NCBI GenBank assembly: GCA_019428855.1
Contig: JAHYJV010000004.1
Span: forward strand, 1-54,187
Direction: 5' to 3'
Length of the DNA stretch: 54,187 nt
DNA from: Patescibacteria group bacterium
Lineage (GTDB): Bacteria > Patescibacteriota > Minisyncoccia > JAHIHE01 > JAGLIN01
Positions 27,146 to 36,847 of the stretch are shown in pieces (positions within the stretch are counted from its first letter, which is position 1; the number at the start of each line of letters is the position of its first letter). The translations under genes were made by a program, and so were the position numbers. The notes below the pieces were generated by a model, which ran no database searches, had not been told where the DNA came from, and saw nothing but the letters and a program-made list of their open reading frames with translations.

Positions 27146-28237
27146 TTACTTAATTTCCATAAGCTGAAATATTTCTTTGGCAATCATAAGTTCTTCATTG
27201 GTTTGAATAACCAATTTTTTCATTTTATTCGAATCTTTGAATTTAGCTAATACTAATTTTCGAATTATCTTACTACGATATCCAACAGTTCCTGTAAAAA
27301 CAATAGCATCGACATCACCCAAAACTGCTTTATAAGCCCCAATATATTTTTTTATTTTATATGTATATAATTTCAAGATATCCATCATTTCTTCATCACC
27401 ATTTTCGGCACGATATGCAATTTCATAAATATTATTCGCCTTTTTTCCAGCCAAGCCCCTAAGACCACTTTGTTTGTTTAGCAAATGATCAACTGCCTCA
27501 ATGCGATTTTTGATATCATTATTTAATTCTATTTTTTTATTTCTCAAAAGCTCCAATATTATTCCAGAATCAATATCTCCGCACCTTGACTCCATAGGGA
27601 TTCCTTCCATAGGTGTGAAACCCATTGAAGTATCAATTGCCTTGCCATTTTTGATAGCTGTAATGCTTGCACCACCGCCTAAATGGCATGTAATTAAATT
27701 TAATTTATTTTCTGATTTACCAAGCTTTTTAGCTGCTTCAAGCAACATATATTTGTGTGATGTCCCATGAAATCCATATCTTCTAATTCCATATTGATGA
27801 TAAAATTCTTTTGGAATAGCATATAAATAGGCATATTCTGGAAGATCTTTATAAAATGCTGTATCAAAAACTGCTACATTTTTTGCGCTTTTTATCAAGT
27901 TCATAGAAGCTTTTATTCCTTCAAGGTTTGCCGGATTATGAAGCGGAGCAAGATGATTAAACTTTTCAATTTCTTGCAAATTCTTTTTATTTATTATAAT
28001 AGGATTATAAAATTTTTCTCCGCCATGGACAACTCGATGTCCGACATATTTTATATTTTCTGTGTTTCCAATTTCTTTCAAGGCAAATACAAGAGCTTGA
28101 GTATGATTTTTCACTTTTCCACTTCCAATATCCTCTATAAACCCTTCTTGCAATTCTTTCAAATTAAAATCAAAAACCTTGTACTTCAAAGAAGTGCTGC
28201 CGGAATTGAGGACGAGGATTTGATTATTTTTTTTCAT
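27146..28237 (-). CDS. ackA: Acetate kinase
   Basis: 363 aa with ILVLNSGSTSLKYKVF, GHRVVHGG, YGFHGTSH, CHLGGGASI and NEELMIA. Confidence 0.93.
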   Translation of the reverse strand: MKKNNQILVLNSGSTSLKYKVFDFNLKELQEGFIEDIGSGKVKNHTQALVFALKEIGNTENIKYVGHRVVHGGEKFYNPIIINKKNLQEIEKFNHLAPLHNPANLEGIKASMNLIKSAKNVAVFDTAFYKDLPEYAYLYAIPKEFYHQYGIRRYGFHGTSHKYMLLEAAKKLGKSENKLNLITCHLGGGASITAIKNGKAIDTSMGFTPMEGIPMESRCGDIDSGIILELLRNKKIELNNDIKNRIEAVDHLLNKQSGLRGLAGKKANNIYEIAYRAENGDEEMMDILKLYTYKIKKYIGAYKAVLGDVDAIVFTGTVGYRSKIIRKLVLAKFKDSNKMKKLVIQTNEELMIAKEIFQLMEIK

Positions 28238-28252
28238 TACCTTAAAATTAAT

Positions 28253-28350
28253 CAGTCATCCTGAACTTGTTTCAGGATCTTTAATGTTATACGCTAAAAC
28301 AATATTTCGCGAAACAGACAACAGACTCTGAAATAAATTCAGAATGACAA
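28253..28350. repeat. Palindromic TGTCAT-type element (family 1)
   Basis: cagtcatcctgaacttgtttcaggatc ... ctctgaaataaattcagaatgacaa. There are two terminal hairpins and inverted outer ends. It lies between pduL and ackA. Confidence 0.6.
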
Positions 28351-28362
28351 TAAAATATATTC

Positions 28363-28938
28363 TTAATCTAAAACAACTTCTCCATCTTCATAACTAGAAA
28401 TTCCAGAAGCATTTCCTTCATCCGTATCGATATGCATAGCCCAGGCATAATTTTTATCAACACGAGCCACTACATTTTCAAATATTAACCCTCTATCACC
28501 TTCAGTTTTAATTTTTAAGAAATTCCCGTCTTTGACATTAATTTCTTCCGCTTCTTCGGGGGTCATATGGACATGTCTTTTAGAAATAATTACTCCATAT
28601 TCAATTACCACTTCTCCTTTGGGACCAATAATTTTCATCCCAGGCGAATCTTTCACATCTCCCGACCTTCGCAGTGGTGGATTTATCCTGAATTTTCTTG
28701 CTTCCGTTTCTGAAATCTCAATTTGAGTATAATCTCTTAACGGTCCTACAATACGCACTTTTTCAATTTCAAAATATTCATCTTTAATTTTGACAATCTC
28801 ATTTGCGGCAAACATCTCAGGTTGAGAAAGTTTTTTTTTAACCGTGAGCTCCGCACCCACACCAAATAATTTTTCAAAATCTTCTTTCTTAAGATGAATA
28901 TGTCTGGCTGAAACTTCAATATTAACTTTTTTGTTCAT
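28363..28938 (-). CDS. pduL: PduL-type phosphate acyltransferase (phosphotransacetylase analogue)
   Basis: 191 aa with two half-domains, each carrying the signature VSARHIHL / ISKRHVHM. It sits directly upstream of ackA. Confidence 0.8.
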   Translation of the reverse strand: MNKKVNIEVSARHIHLKKEDFEKLFGVGAELTVKKKLSQPEMFAANEIVKIKDEYFEIEKVRIVGPLRDYTQIEISETEARKFRINPPLRRSGDVKDSPGMKIIGPKGEVVIEYGVIISKRHVHMTPEEAEEINVKDGNFLKIKTEGDRGLIFENVVARVDKNYAWAMHIDTDEGNASGISSYEDGEVVLD

Positions 28939-28985
28939 AATTATAAATAATCTTTTATATTTACATTATAGCATAAAAATTTATT

Positions 28986-29002
28986 TTAAGGACAGTCCTT
29001 AA
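28986..29002. promoter_or_regulatory. 17-bp perfect palindrome TTAAGGACAGTCCTTAA (operator candidate or weak terminator)
   Basis: It lies between the GT4 stop (29010) and the pduL start (28938). The core GGACAGTCC recurs at 26973-26981. Confidence 0.35.
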
Positions 29003-29009
29003 AATATTT

Positions 29010-30089
29010 CTATCTTTTATCTAACATCATCCTATAAACCTCCTCATATCCATCAACCATTTTCTCAATCGTGAAATTTTCTTCCACATGCTTTCGGCAA
29101 TCCGCTCGTTTGATTTGGTCTATATTTTTTATTGCTTCCATCATTTCCTTTTCGTTTTCAACAATGAATCCAGTTTTACCGTGTTTGACGACTTCGGTAA
29201 CTGAACCACGGTTAAAGGCAATAACTGGCGTTCCACAGGCCATCGCCTCAATCATTACCAAGCCAAACGGTTCTTCCCAATTAATGGGAAATAAAAGTGC
29301 TTTTGCTCCGCCAAGAAAACCAGATAATTTATTTCTATCTAAAAATCCAACATTTTCAATCTCTCCCTTTTTCAAAAATGGCCTTACCTTTTCATCATAA
29401 AAACCACCACCCCAAATATTTCCTGCCATTTTTAATTTTTCCTTTGATTTAATAGCAACTTGAACTGCCGTGTCTATTCCCTTTTCTTTGGAATATCTTC
29501 CCAAAAATGCGAGATAATTGCCCTGCTTTTCTTGAAATTTGAAACTCTTTAAATCCAGCCCATTATAAACCGTCCCCACATAATTCAAATCAGGCATTCC
29601 TTTTCTTTGATTATCACTAATAGAAATATAATTGGCCTTATTTTTCCATTGACAATAAGCAATCATCTGATTCCAGCTCGCATCCATCGGATCATGTAAG
29701 GTGAAAACTGTCGGCGTCTTAGTCAGATTGACAAAAGGCAAAATTTTTGGCACCAAATGATAGGCGTGAATGATTTCAAATTTTCCCTTTTGAGAATCTT
29801 CATACATTTTGGATGCCAAAATCTGTTCATAGAGAGTCATCTGCAACTGATCATGAAACCCACCACTCATTGCTTTGTCTTTTAGATTATAATATGAGGT
29901 CATACCCGCCGTCACCTTTTTCATTTTAATTGTTGAATCTTCTGAAGTATAAAGCGTCACATCATGTCCTCTTTTTTCAAGTTCTGTCACAACTAAATAC
30001 GCCAAATCCATCGGAGCATAAATTATCTCTTTCGGCAGAGGACAAGAAAATTCATTCGTAGAATAAAACGCGATTTTAAATTTTTTCAT
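29010..30089 (-). CDS. Glycosyltransferase family 4 (GT-B)
   Basis: 359 aa with EEPFGLVMIEAMACGTPVIA. Confidence 0.85.
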   Translation of the reverse strand: MKKFKIAFYSTNEFSCPLPKEIIYAPMDLAYLVVTELEKRGHDVTLYTSEDSTIKMKKVTAGMTSYYNLKDKAMSGGFHDQLQMTLYEQILASKMYEDSQKGKFEIIHAYHLVPKILPFVNLTKTPTVFTLHDPMDASWNQMIAYCQWKNKANYISISDNQRKGMPDLNYVGTVYNGLDLKSFKFQEKQGNYLAFLGRYSKEKGIDTAVQVAIKSKEKLKMAGNIWGGGFYDEKVRPFLKKGEIENVGFLDRNKLSGFLGGAKALLFPINWEEPFGLVMIEAMACGTPVIAFNRGSVTEVVKHGKTGFIVENEKEMMEAIKNIDQIKRADCRKHVEENFTIEKMVDGYEEVYRMMLDKR

Positions 30090-30213
30090 TTTAGAATTTT
30101 AGTTCATTAATGAAAGTTATTTTATTCGTAATGAGATGATTAATCATATTAAAATATTAGGCGAAATGAAGAGCAATCTCTCTACTTCATTTCACTGCAA
30201 TCGGAATGACAAA

Positions 30214-31221
30214 CTATAAATAACTTACCTGCACATCTCCCAGTCTCTTTTCAATATCGTCCTTACTCAAAATTCCATTCTGAGCGCCGTATTCTCCGAC
30301 GACATTTCCGCTGTTTAAAACTCCAAATCTCAAAGCTATTTCAATATTTTCATTTTGCATATAGCTAGCAACTAAAGCACTTCCAAACGAATCACCGGCG
30401 CCAGTTGAATCAACTTTTATTTTTGATGTTGCTGGTGCATATAATATTTTTTCCCCATCATAAGCATAGGCTCCTTCTGGACCATCAGTTATAATCACAT
30501 TTTTAGGACCCCATTTTTTAATGATAGTCAAAAGAATTTTTGCATCCATTATTTCATTAAAATCAAGCTTAATTTTTTCATCGCTTCCGACAAACTCAAT
30601 TGCCTCGTCTTTATTAATAATTAATATTTCGGTATTTTTAAAAGTATTTTCTAGCTCTTTTTTGCCAGTACTTATTTGAGTTGCCCCAGGATTCCAGGCT
30701 AATTTCACATCTTTTCTCTCCACTACTTTATTTATTTCAGACAAATCTTCCTGCCAATTTCCAGCCATAGATGTAAGATATATCCATTTTGTCTGATTAA
30801 TTTCTTCTTCTTTAACCTCAAGAAAATCACTCGCCCCCTTGTAAACAAAAATTACTCTATCGCCATTTTTTTTGTCGACAACCACGAGAGAAGATCCTGT
30901 TTTCCTTTCTTGGTCAATTTGAATTAAGTCTGTCTTAATCCCTATTTTATTTAAATTCTTTTTCATTGAATCACCATCGTCATCTTTTCCAACCCGACAA
31001 TTCACAGCAACATTGAGGCCTAATTTTGCAAAAGTTGCCGCAGAATTACATGCTCCTCCACCAAAATTAAAATATACCTCTTCACTTCTTATTTTTGCTC
31101 CATGTTCAAAACAAAAAAGTGCTTGCTCAGTTAAATTTTCTGGAGTTTCAATAACCTTTCCTTTGTCTGTCAAAAAAGTTATATCACGAGTTGCTCCACC
31201 GATTGTTATAATGTCATACAT
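30214..31221 (-). CDS. PfkB-family carbohydrate kinase
   Basis: 335 aa with the N-terminus DIITIGGATRD, plus NFGGGACNSA and the C-terminal DSTGAGDSFGSA. Confidence 0.85.
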   Translation of the reverse strand: MYDIITIGGATRDITFLTDKGKVIETPENLTEQALFCFEHGAKIRSEEVYFNFGGGACNSAATFAKLGLNVAVNCRVGKDDDGDSMKKNLNKIGIKTDLIQIDQERKTGSSLVVVDKKNGDRVIFVYKGASDFLEVKEEEINQTKWIYLTSMAGNWQEDLSEINKVVERKDVKLAWNPGATQISTGKKELENTFKNTEILIINKDEAIEFVGSDEKIKLDFNEIMDAKILLTIIKKWGPKNVIITDGPEGAYAYDGEKILYAPATSKIKVDSTGAGDSFGSALVASYMQNENIEIALRFGVLNSGNVVGEYGAQNGILSKDDIEKRLGDVQVSYL

Positions 31222-31389
31222 AATTTAGTATTTAGTATTTAGTATTTAGTATCAAGCTAAGAAAGCTCTAAAAAACTAATAAATTTCTATTTTAAAATTT
31301 ATTTTTTTCCTTAAATCATAGACTCCTAGCTCTGCGAGAATGACAAAAACTGCATTTTTCAGAGGGTCCCTTAATTCTTGATACTAATT

Positions 31390-32943
31390 TTATTTCTCCA
31401 ACAAACTCCCCAAAACCATATCTTTTGGTTTTTCTATTCCCAATACATCTAAGATGGTCGGAAAAACATTTCCTAAGATTCCATTTTTTTTCAATCTACA
31501 TCTACCACTTGTGCATTTATTTCTCGCCAAAATAAAAGGAACTGGATTTTTACTGTGCATCGTCATTTTTTCCCCTGTTTTCAAATCAATCATTTCGTCA
31601 GCATTGCCATGGTCTGCAGTCACAACCGCCGTTCCTCCACTTTCTAACACTTTTTCAATCACACGCTTCAGACACTTATCAAGGAACTCAACAGCTATAA
31701 TTGTGGCCTTGAGGTTTCCGGTATGCCCCACCATATCAGCATTAGCATAATTTACTGCGATAAAATCATAAACACTATATTCTATATTTGAAACAATAAC
31801 ATCAGTAACATCGCCAGCTGACATTTCCGGTTTCTGGTCATATGAAAAAACATTCTCCGACTTCACCTGCTCTCTTTCTTCCCCACCAATTGGATTCTTA
31901 TGGCCACCATTTAAAAAATATGTAATATGGGGATATTTTTCCTCCTCCGCAATATATAGCTGTTTCTTATCATGCAAAACAAAAGGAAGAGTGTTTGAGG
32001 TCGCCTGAGACTGATATGCGACACTAATCGGTAAATCAGGACCAAGATCGACCAAAGCACAAATAAATATATTTTTCAAAGAGTGTGGTTTGTTTTGATA
32101 TTCAATTATTTTATCAAGAACAAATAATTTTACAAACTGCCGAGCTCTATCTCCACGAATATTAAAATGAATGACTGTATCGTTATTTTTTATTTTGGCG
32201 ATAGGTTGATTTTTTTCATCAACTATAACAGTAGGAACAATAAATTCATCTGTCAGGTCTTGTTTATATGAATTTTCAACAGCATTTTCAGCGGTGTGAC
32301 TCTTTGCACCCTCACCCAAAACCATCGCATCGTATGCCCTTTGCAGCCTAGTCCAATGTTTTACTCTGTCCATTCCATAATATCTTCCTCCAATGGTAGC
32401 AATTTTCCCAATGCCTATTTTTCTAATTTGCTCATTTAAATATTTTAAATAAATAAGAGCTCTTTTCTCATAAGTATCTCTGCCGTCTGTGAAAAGATGA
32501 AGATAAACCTGTTTAACCCCCTTTTGTTTGGCCAGTTTCAAGAGAGCATAAAGATGTTCTGGATCACTATGAGGACTATCTAAATCAGAAAGTAATCCCA
32601 TAAAATGTAAATTACTTTTTTCTTTTAAGGCGTGATCAATGGTTTTTATGAGACTGGCGTTCATGAAAAATTTTCCAGATTCAATATCCTCTCTGATGAT
32701 TTGAGAATCTTGTTTGATAATCCTCCCAGCACCAATATTAATATGACCTGCCTCGCTGCCGCTTCTTTCACCTTCTGACAAACCCACTGCTAGTCCAGTC
32801 GCATTCAATGTTGTGTACGAATGCTTCTTAATCAAATTATCATAAAAAGGCTTTTTGGCAAGCTCAATGGCATTGCCCCTATTTTTCGGTGCCACTCCCC
32901 ACCCATCAAGGATTATTAAAATGTTTGTTGGTTTTTTATACAT
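31390..32943 (-). CDS. gpmI: 2,3-bisphosphoglycerate-independent phosphoglycerate mutase
   Basis: 517 aa with ILIILDGWG, SEAGHINIGAGR, NYANADMVGHTG and TADHGNA. Confidence 0.93.
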   Translation of the reverse strand: MYKKPTNILIILDGWGVAPKNRGNAIELAKKPFYDNLIKKHSYTTLNATGLAVGLSEGERSGSEAGHINIGAGRIIKQDSQIIREDIESGKFFMNASLIKTIDHALKEKSNLHFMGLLSDLDSPHSDPEHLYALLKLAKQKGVKQVYLHLFTDGRDTYEKRALIYLKYLNEQIRKIGIGKIATIGGRYYGMDRVKHWTRLQRAYDAMVLGEGAKSHTAENAVENSYKQDLTDEFIVPTVIVDEKNQPIAKIKNNDTVIHFNIRGDRARQFVKLFVLDKIIEYQNKPHSLKNIFICALVDLGPDLPISVAYQSQATSNTLPFVLHDKKQLYIAEEEKYPHITYFLNGGHKNPIGGEEREQVKSENVFSYDQKPEMSAGDVTDVIVSNIEYSVYDFIAVNYANADMVGHTGNLKATIIAVEFLDKCLKRVIEKVLESGGTAVVTADHGNADEMIDLKTGEKMTMHSKNPVPFILARNKCTSGRCRLKKNGILGNVFPTILDVLGIEKPKDMVLGSLLEK

Positions 32944-33117
32944 AAATAATTTTAATTTCTAATTTTCAATTTCTAATTTTTATTAAATTTCTAATAAATT
33001 AATTTTAAACATAAATTCTATCGTTTGAAGTTTTAATTATTTTATCTCCGTTGACTCCATGTCTCTTGACTGGAGAATCTTGCGATTTTGAATATAACAG
33101 TTATAAGAAAACAAAAA

Positions 33118-33618
33118 TTAACTTATTGATTTAAATATAAGCATAGAAGTAATTATCAGAAATAATGATAACACAATAAAAAAATCTGATTTGAGTATTT
33201 TTGCTGAATTTTTTGCAAACACACAGATAAAAAATAAAAACATGCCAATGGCAACATATGCAAAATAAGGATGAAAATTATAGATATACCCCACAAAAAA
33301 AATAGTTGATATCATCAAAATAAATAAGGATATTAAGAAGTATAAAAAAAATGATCCTAAAAACAAAATCATGCTAAAGTTCTTTTTATTTTTTTTATTT
33401 CTAGAATCTCTAATAATTCCAAAAATAAACATTGGAACAGATACTAAAAGAAGAAATATAAAAATATTTCCAATAATATCATTTATTATCAATTCTTCTG
33501 GGGTATATTTATCGTAACCATCTAAGATAAAGGCTGAAGCAGAATAAATTGGCAAGATTAATCCCAAAAAAATAATCATTGCGCAATTTAATTTGTTTTT
33601 AGGATTTAAAATTTTCAT
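33118..33618 (-). CDS. Hypothetical integral membrane protein
   Basis: 166 aa with 4-5 hydrophobic helices. No family was recognised. Confidence 0.55.
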   Translation of the reverse strand: MKILNPKNKLNCAMIIFLGLILPIYSASAFILDGYDKYTPEELIINDIIGNIFIFLLLVSVPMFIFGIIRDSRNKKNKKNFSMILFLGSFFLYFLISLFILMISTIFFVGYIYNFHPYFAYVAIGMFLFFICVFAKNSAKILKSDFFIVLSLFLIITSMLIFKSIS

Positions 33619-33781
33619 ATTTATATAATTAATACTACAAATTCAATATCTTGTAGTTTCGTTTTATCGTAACCATCGAAAGACTCTAGATTCGCCAGCT
33701 GGCAGACAGAATAACACAACAATTATTGCTACAATCAAACATTATAAGTTGCTATAATAATTTTATAACAATCATTTATCC

Positions 33782-35044
33782 CTATTCACTTTCAATCTCC
33801 ATTAATCGATTATATTTTGCTAATCTTTCTCCCCTAGAAAGCGAACCGGCTTTGAGAAAATCAGCTCCAGTTGCAACTGCAAGATCCGCGATAAAATTAT
33901 CGCAAGTTTCACCACTTCTGTGAGAAACAATGATTTTCCAACCGGCTTTTTGTGCCATATTCACACAATCCATTGTTTCGGAAAGTGTCCCAATCTGATT
34001 CAACTTGATAATAATTGCATTGGCACAATCACCATCAATTGCTTTTTTCAATCTTTTGATATTCGTCACAGTCAAGTCATCAGCAACAATCATAATTTCC
34101 TTATTTTTAGAAATTATTTTTTTCTTCATTTCCTTCCACTGTTCCCATTCTTCCTCATTCAAGCCATCTTCAATTGAAATTAAAGGATATTTTTTAATCC
34201 ATTCAAGATATAAGGCGATTAGTCGATTATAATCCAAAGAGATATGTTCTGGTTTGACAATATACTCTCCACTGTCGGAATCACAAAATGAATTTGCAGC
34301 AGTATCGATGGCAAGTGCAACATCCCTCCCAACAACATAGCCAGATTTTTCTATTGCTTCTATAATTAAATCAAATGTTTGTGCATGAGAATCAAGCCTC
34401 GGAGCAAATCCCCCTTCATCTCCCACTCCTATAGAAAGTCCCATGCTAGAAAGAATTGACTTTAAGTTATGGAAAATTTCGCTACCTGCTCTCACTCTCT
34501 CTTCGGCTGATTTTATTCCTAAAGGGACAATCATAAACTCTTGAACCGAAAGTCCACTGTCAGCATGCTTTCCACCATTTACAATGTTAAACATCGGAAT
34601 CGGCATTTTAAAAGTGGTCATCTTGAATCCAAATGTCTTTGCCAAATATTTATAAAGAGGTTTGTTTGTTGCAATCGCTCCAGCACGAGCACACGCCAGC
34701 GACACTCCCAAAATTGCATTGGCTCCTAGGTTAGACTTGTTTTCAGTTCCATCAAGGTCAAGCATCATCTTATCAATTTTTTTCTGATTTGTAACAATCT
34801 CCCCTTTTAATAATTTATTTATTTTCTTATTAACATTGGAACAAGCATTTAAAGTACCTTTTCCCCCATATCTTTTATGATCATCTCTCAATTCCAAAGC
34901 TTCAAATTCACCCGTGGATGCTCCAGATGGAACGGAAGCAATCGCTCTGGTTTTATTTTCTAAAATAACCTCAACTTCAACAGTTGGATTTCCACGAGAA
35001 TCAAGAATTTCTCTAGCAATAATTTTTTTTATCTTCCTTGTCAT
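33782..35044 (-). CDS. eno: Enolase
   Basis: 420 aa with REILDSRGNPTVEVEV, GDEGGFAP, IKLNQIGTLSET and SHRSGETCD. Confidence 0.96.
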   Translation of the reverse strand: MTRKIKKIIAREILDSRGNPTVEVEVILENKTRAIASVPSGASTGEFEALELRDDHKRYGGKGTLNACSNVNKKINKLLKGEIVTNQKKIDKMMLDLDGTENKSNLGANAILGVSLACARAGAIATNKPLYKYLAKTFGFKMTTFKMPIPMFNIVNGGKHADSGLSVQEFMIVPLGIKSAEERVRAGSEIFHNLKSILSSMGLSIGVGDEGGFAPRLDSHAQTFDLIIEAIEKSGYVVGRDVALAIDTAANSFCDSDSGEYIVKPEHISLDYNRLIALYLEWIKKYPLISIEDGLNEEEWEQWKEMKKKIISKNKEIMIVADDLTVTNIKRLKKAIDGDCANAIIIKLNQIGTLSETMDCVNMAQKAGWKIIVSHRSGETCDNFIADLAVATGADFLKAGSLSRGERLAKYNRLMEIESE

Positions 35045-35091
35045 AGTATTTATTATAAATTTTATTAAGCTGGATTATTAAATTTTTACTT

Positions 35092-35625
35092 TTATAGAAC
35101 ATTGAATTCGTTGGAATAGAATAATTCAGATTTTTGGCACTCTTGCTCTCCGGGCTTTTTACAATCAAAAAAAATCCGAACGACACTTCTATATACTCCC
35201 GCTTCTTTCGATGACAATATTACTCGACAATCCTTGACGCTATCTTCTTTTTTAAAACCTGTTTTATCATAATCCTTATCTTTCTGATAACTAGTTATTT
35301 CCTGCCAAGAACCATTAATCTTTTTCTCAAATCTATCCTGATATTCGCAAGGCTCCAAATATATAGATTTTTCAAAATGATTTTCCACTGACAATATAAT
35401 CTGATCTCCAATTTTATAATGTTCTTTTTCAGTAGAAACAATAATTTTTTGAATATCTAATTTCGTATTATTTGAAAAATTTTCACTACTATCAAACATT
35501 GACAATGTTAAGAATGAAAAAATCGGAATAATCATAATCATTAAAATCACTTTAAAAAATATATTATTATCTACATTTTTATTATTTTTTTTATTACTCG
35601 TTTTTTTGATTATTTTTTTTTTCAT
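35092..35625 (-). CDS. Hypothetical N-terminally anchored Cys-containing protein
   Basis: 177 aa with a Lys-rich N-terminus, one TM helix and four Cys in the extracytoplasmic part. Confidence 0.6.
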   Translation of the reverse strand: MKKKIIKKTSNKKNNKNVDNNIFFKVILMIMIIPIFSFLTLSMFDSSENFSNNTKLDIQKIIVSTEKEHYKIGDQIILSVENHFEKSIYLEPCEYQDRFEKKINGSWQEITSYQKDKDYDKTGFKKEDSVKDCRVILSSKEAGVYRSVVRIFFDCKKPGEQECQKSELFYSNEFNVL

Positions 35626-35651
35626 AAGTTTAAATTAAATTACTTAATAAA

Positions 35652-36827
35652 TTATTCAATCTTATTTATACCTATAACTGCGATATTATTGGCTATGAGA
35701 ATTTTTTTATAATTACACACTTTTTTATAACCATAGACTTCTATATTTTTTTCACTAACTTCAAGCATGGTCTCGATAAATGATTTTTCATTACTGTAAT
35801 TACTATCTGGTACAAGTGTGAACTTATTACCATCCGTGCTCAATAAAACATAATAATAATCTTTCTCAAATTTTTCGACAGTAATTTTTCCAGTAACTTT
35901 CACAATTTCTTCAATTAAGCATCCTGTTTCAATTATAAATACATCCTTTTTATCGTTCCAAAGACTTCGAGATCTTTTCAAAGTTGCGAGGTGTAAATTA
36001 TTTTCATCAATTATATTAACATTTTCAATAATCCTACTTTTTTTATACATATAAAAAATCAAATCATTAGAGTCTGCATTTCCAATTAATACTAAATTAT
36101 TTGATTTTCTATCTTCTTCTGATAACTCTTTTATTTTCTTTGTTTTTATACTTTTCGGTAAATTCAGCATTTCGACAATTTTCAGATCACTTTTATCCAG
36201 ATAGTCTCCTGTTACTATTATCGTGTTCTCGTCCATATCGATTAAAGCTATTTCTTCCAAAAAATTATTTCCTGTTTCATCTTTGGTTAAAACCTTTGCA
36301 ATCTTTCCGTATGTAATGATTTTATATATACAAATATTCTCGTTTATCATTTCACAATCATCATCATTAAGATTCTCAAATCTGGCTGATAGTTCGAAAA
36401 ATGAACCGTTTGATTTATACACATAATAATACTCAGGGTTAATCGGATCTTGAAAATTATCAACAGAGATATATTCTTTTAAAATGCTATATATTTCAGA
36501 ACTTTCATCATTCAACTTTATTCCCTTTTCACTAACAAAATATGAATCATTTTCATCATAATATTTTTCCAATGCCACTTCAACCTCATGCAAGTCATTT
36601 TTTCGTTCTTGGTCTTTATTTTTTATAATGTCTTCAAGTCTTAATTGATCTTCATTTTGGGCATTACTAATTTGCTCTTGCACAATCTCCTCGTGATATA
36701 AAATATTATTTTTTACCAATATAAAAAGAGTGGTTACTACCAGAACAATAATTAAAGCAAATATGCCTAATAATTTTTTCTTATTATTTGTGCAATTACA
36801 AGCAATTTTTTTTATAATATTACTCAA
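35652..36827 (-). CDS. Anchored pilin-like-domain protein with an extra C-terminal domain
   Basis: 391 aa with a TM anchor, RKNDLHEVEVALEKYYDENDSYF, and DPINPEYYYVYKSNGSFFELSARFENLNDDDCEMINENICIYKI. It is paralogous to 36848-37405. Confidence 0.7.
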   Translation of the reverse strand: MSNIIKKIACNCTNNKKKLLGIFALIIVLVVTTLFILVKNNILYHEEIVQEQISNAQNEDQLRLEDIIKNKDQERKNDLHEVEVALEKYYDENDSYFVSEKGIKLNDESSEIYSILKEYISVDNFQDPINPEYYYVYKSNGSFFELSARFENLNDDDCEMINENICIYKIITYGKIAKVLTKDETGNNFLEEIALIDMDENTIIVTGDYLDKSDLKIVEMLNLPKSIKTKKIKELSEEDRKSNNLVLIGNADSNDLIFYMYKKSRIIENVNIIDENNLHLATLKRSRSLWNDKKDVFIIETGCLIEEIVKVTGKITVEKFEKDYYYVLLSTDGNKFTLVPDSNYSNEKSFIETMLEVSEKNIEVYGYKKVCNYKKILIANNIAVIGINKIE

Positions 36828-36847
36828 TTTGATTTATTTATAAGTAT

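Noticed and set aside
31222-31255. Tandem tttagtat x4 repeat, and a similar atttctaatt repeat at about 32945-32990.
   Set aside because: These are short AT-rich microsatellite-like tracts in promoter regions. Nothing supports a specific function.
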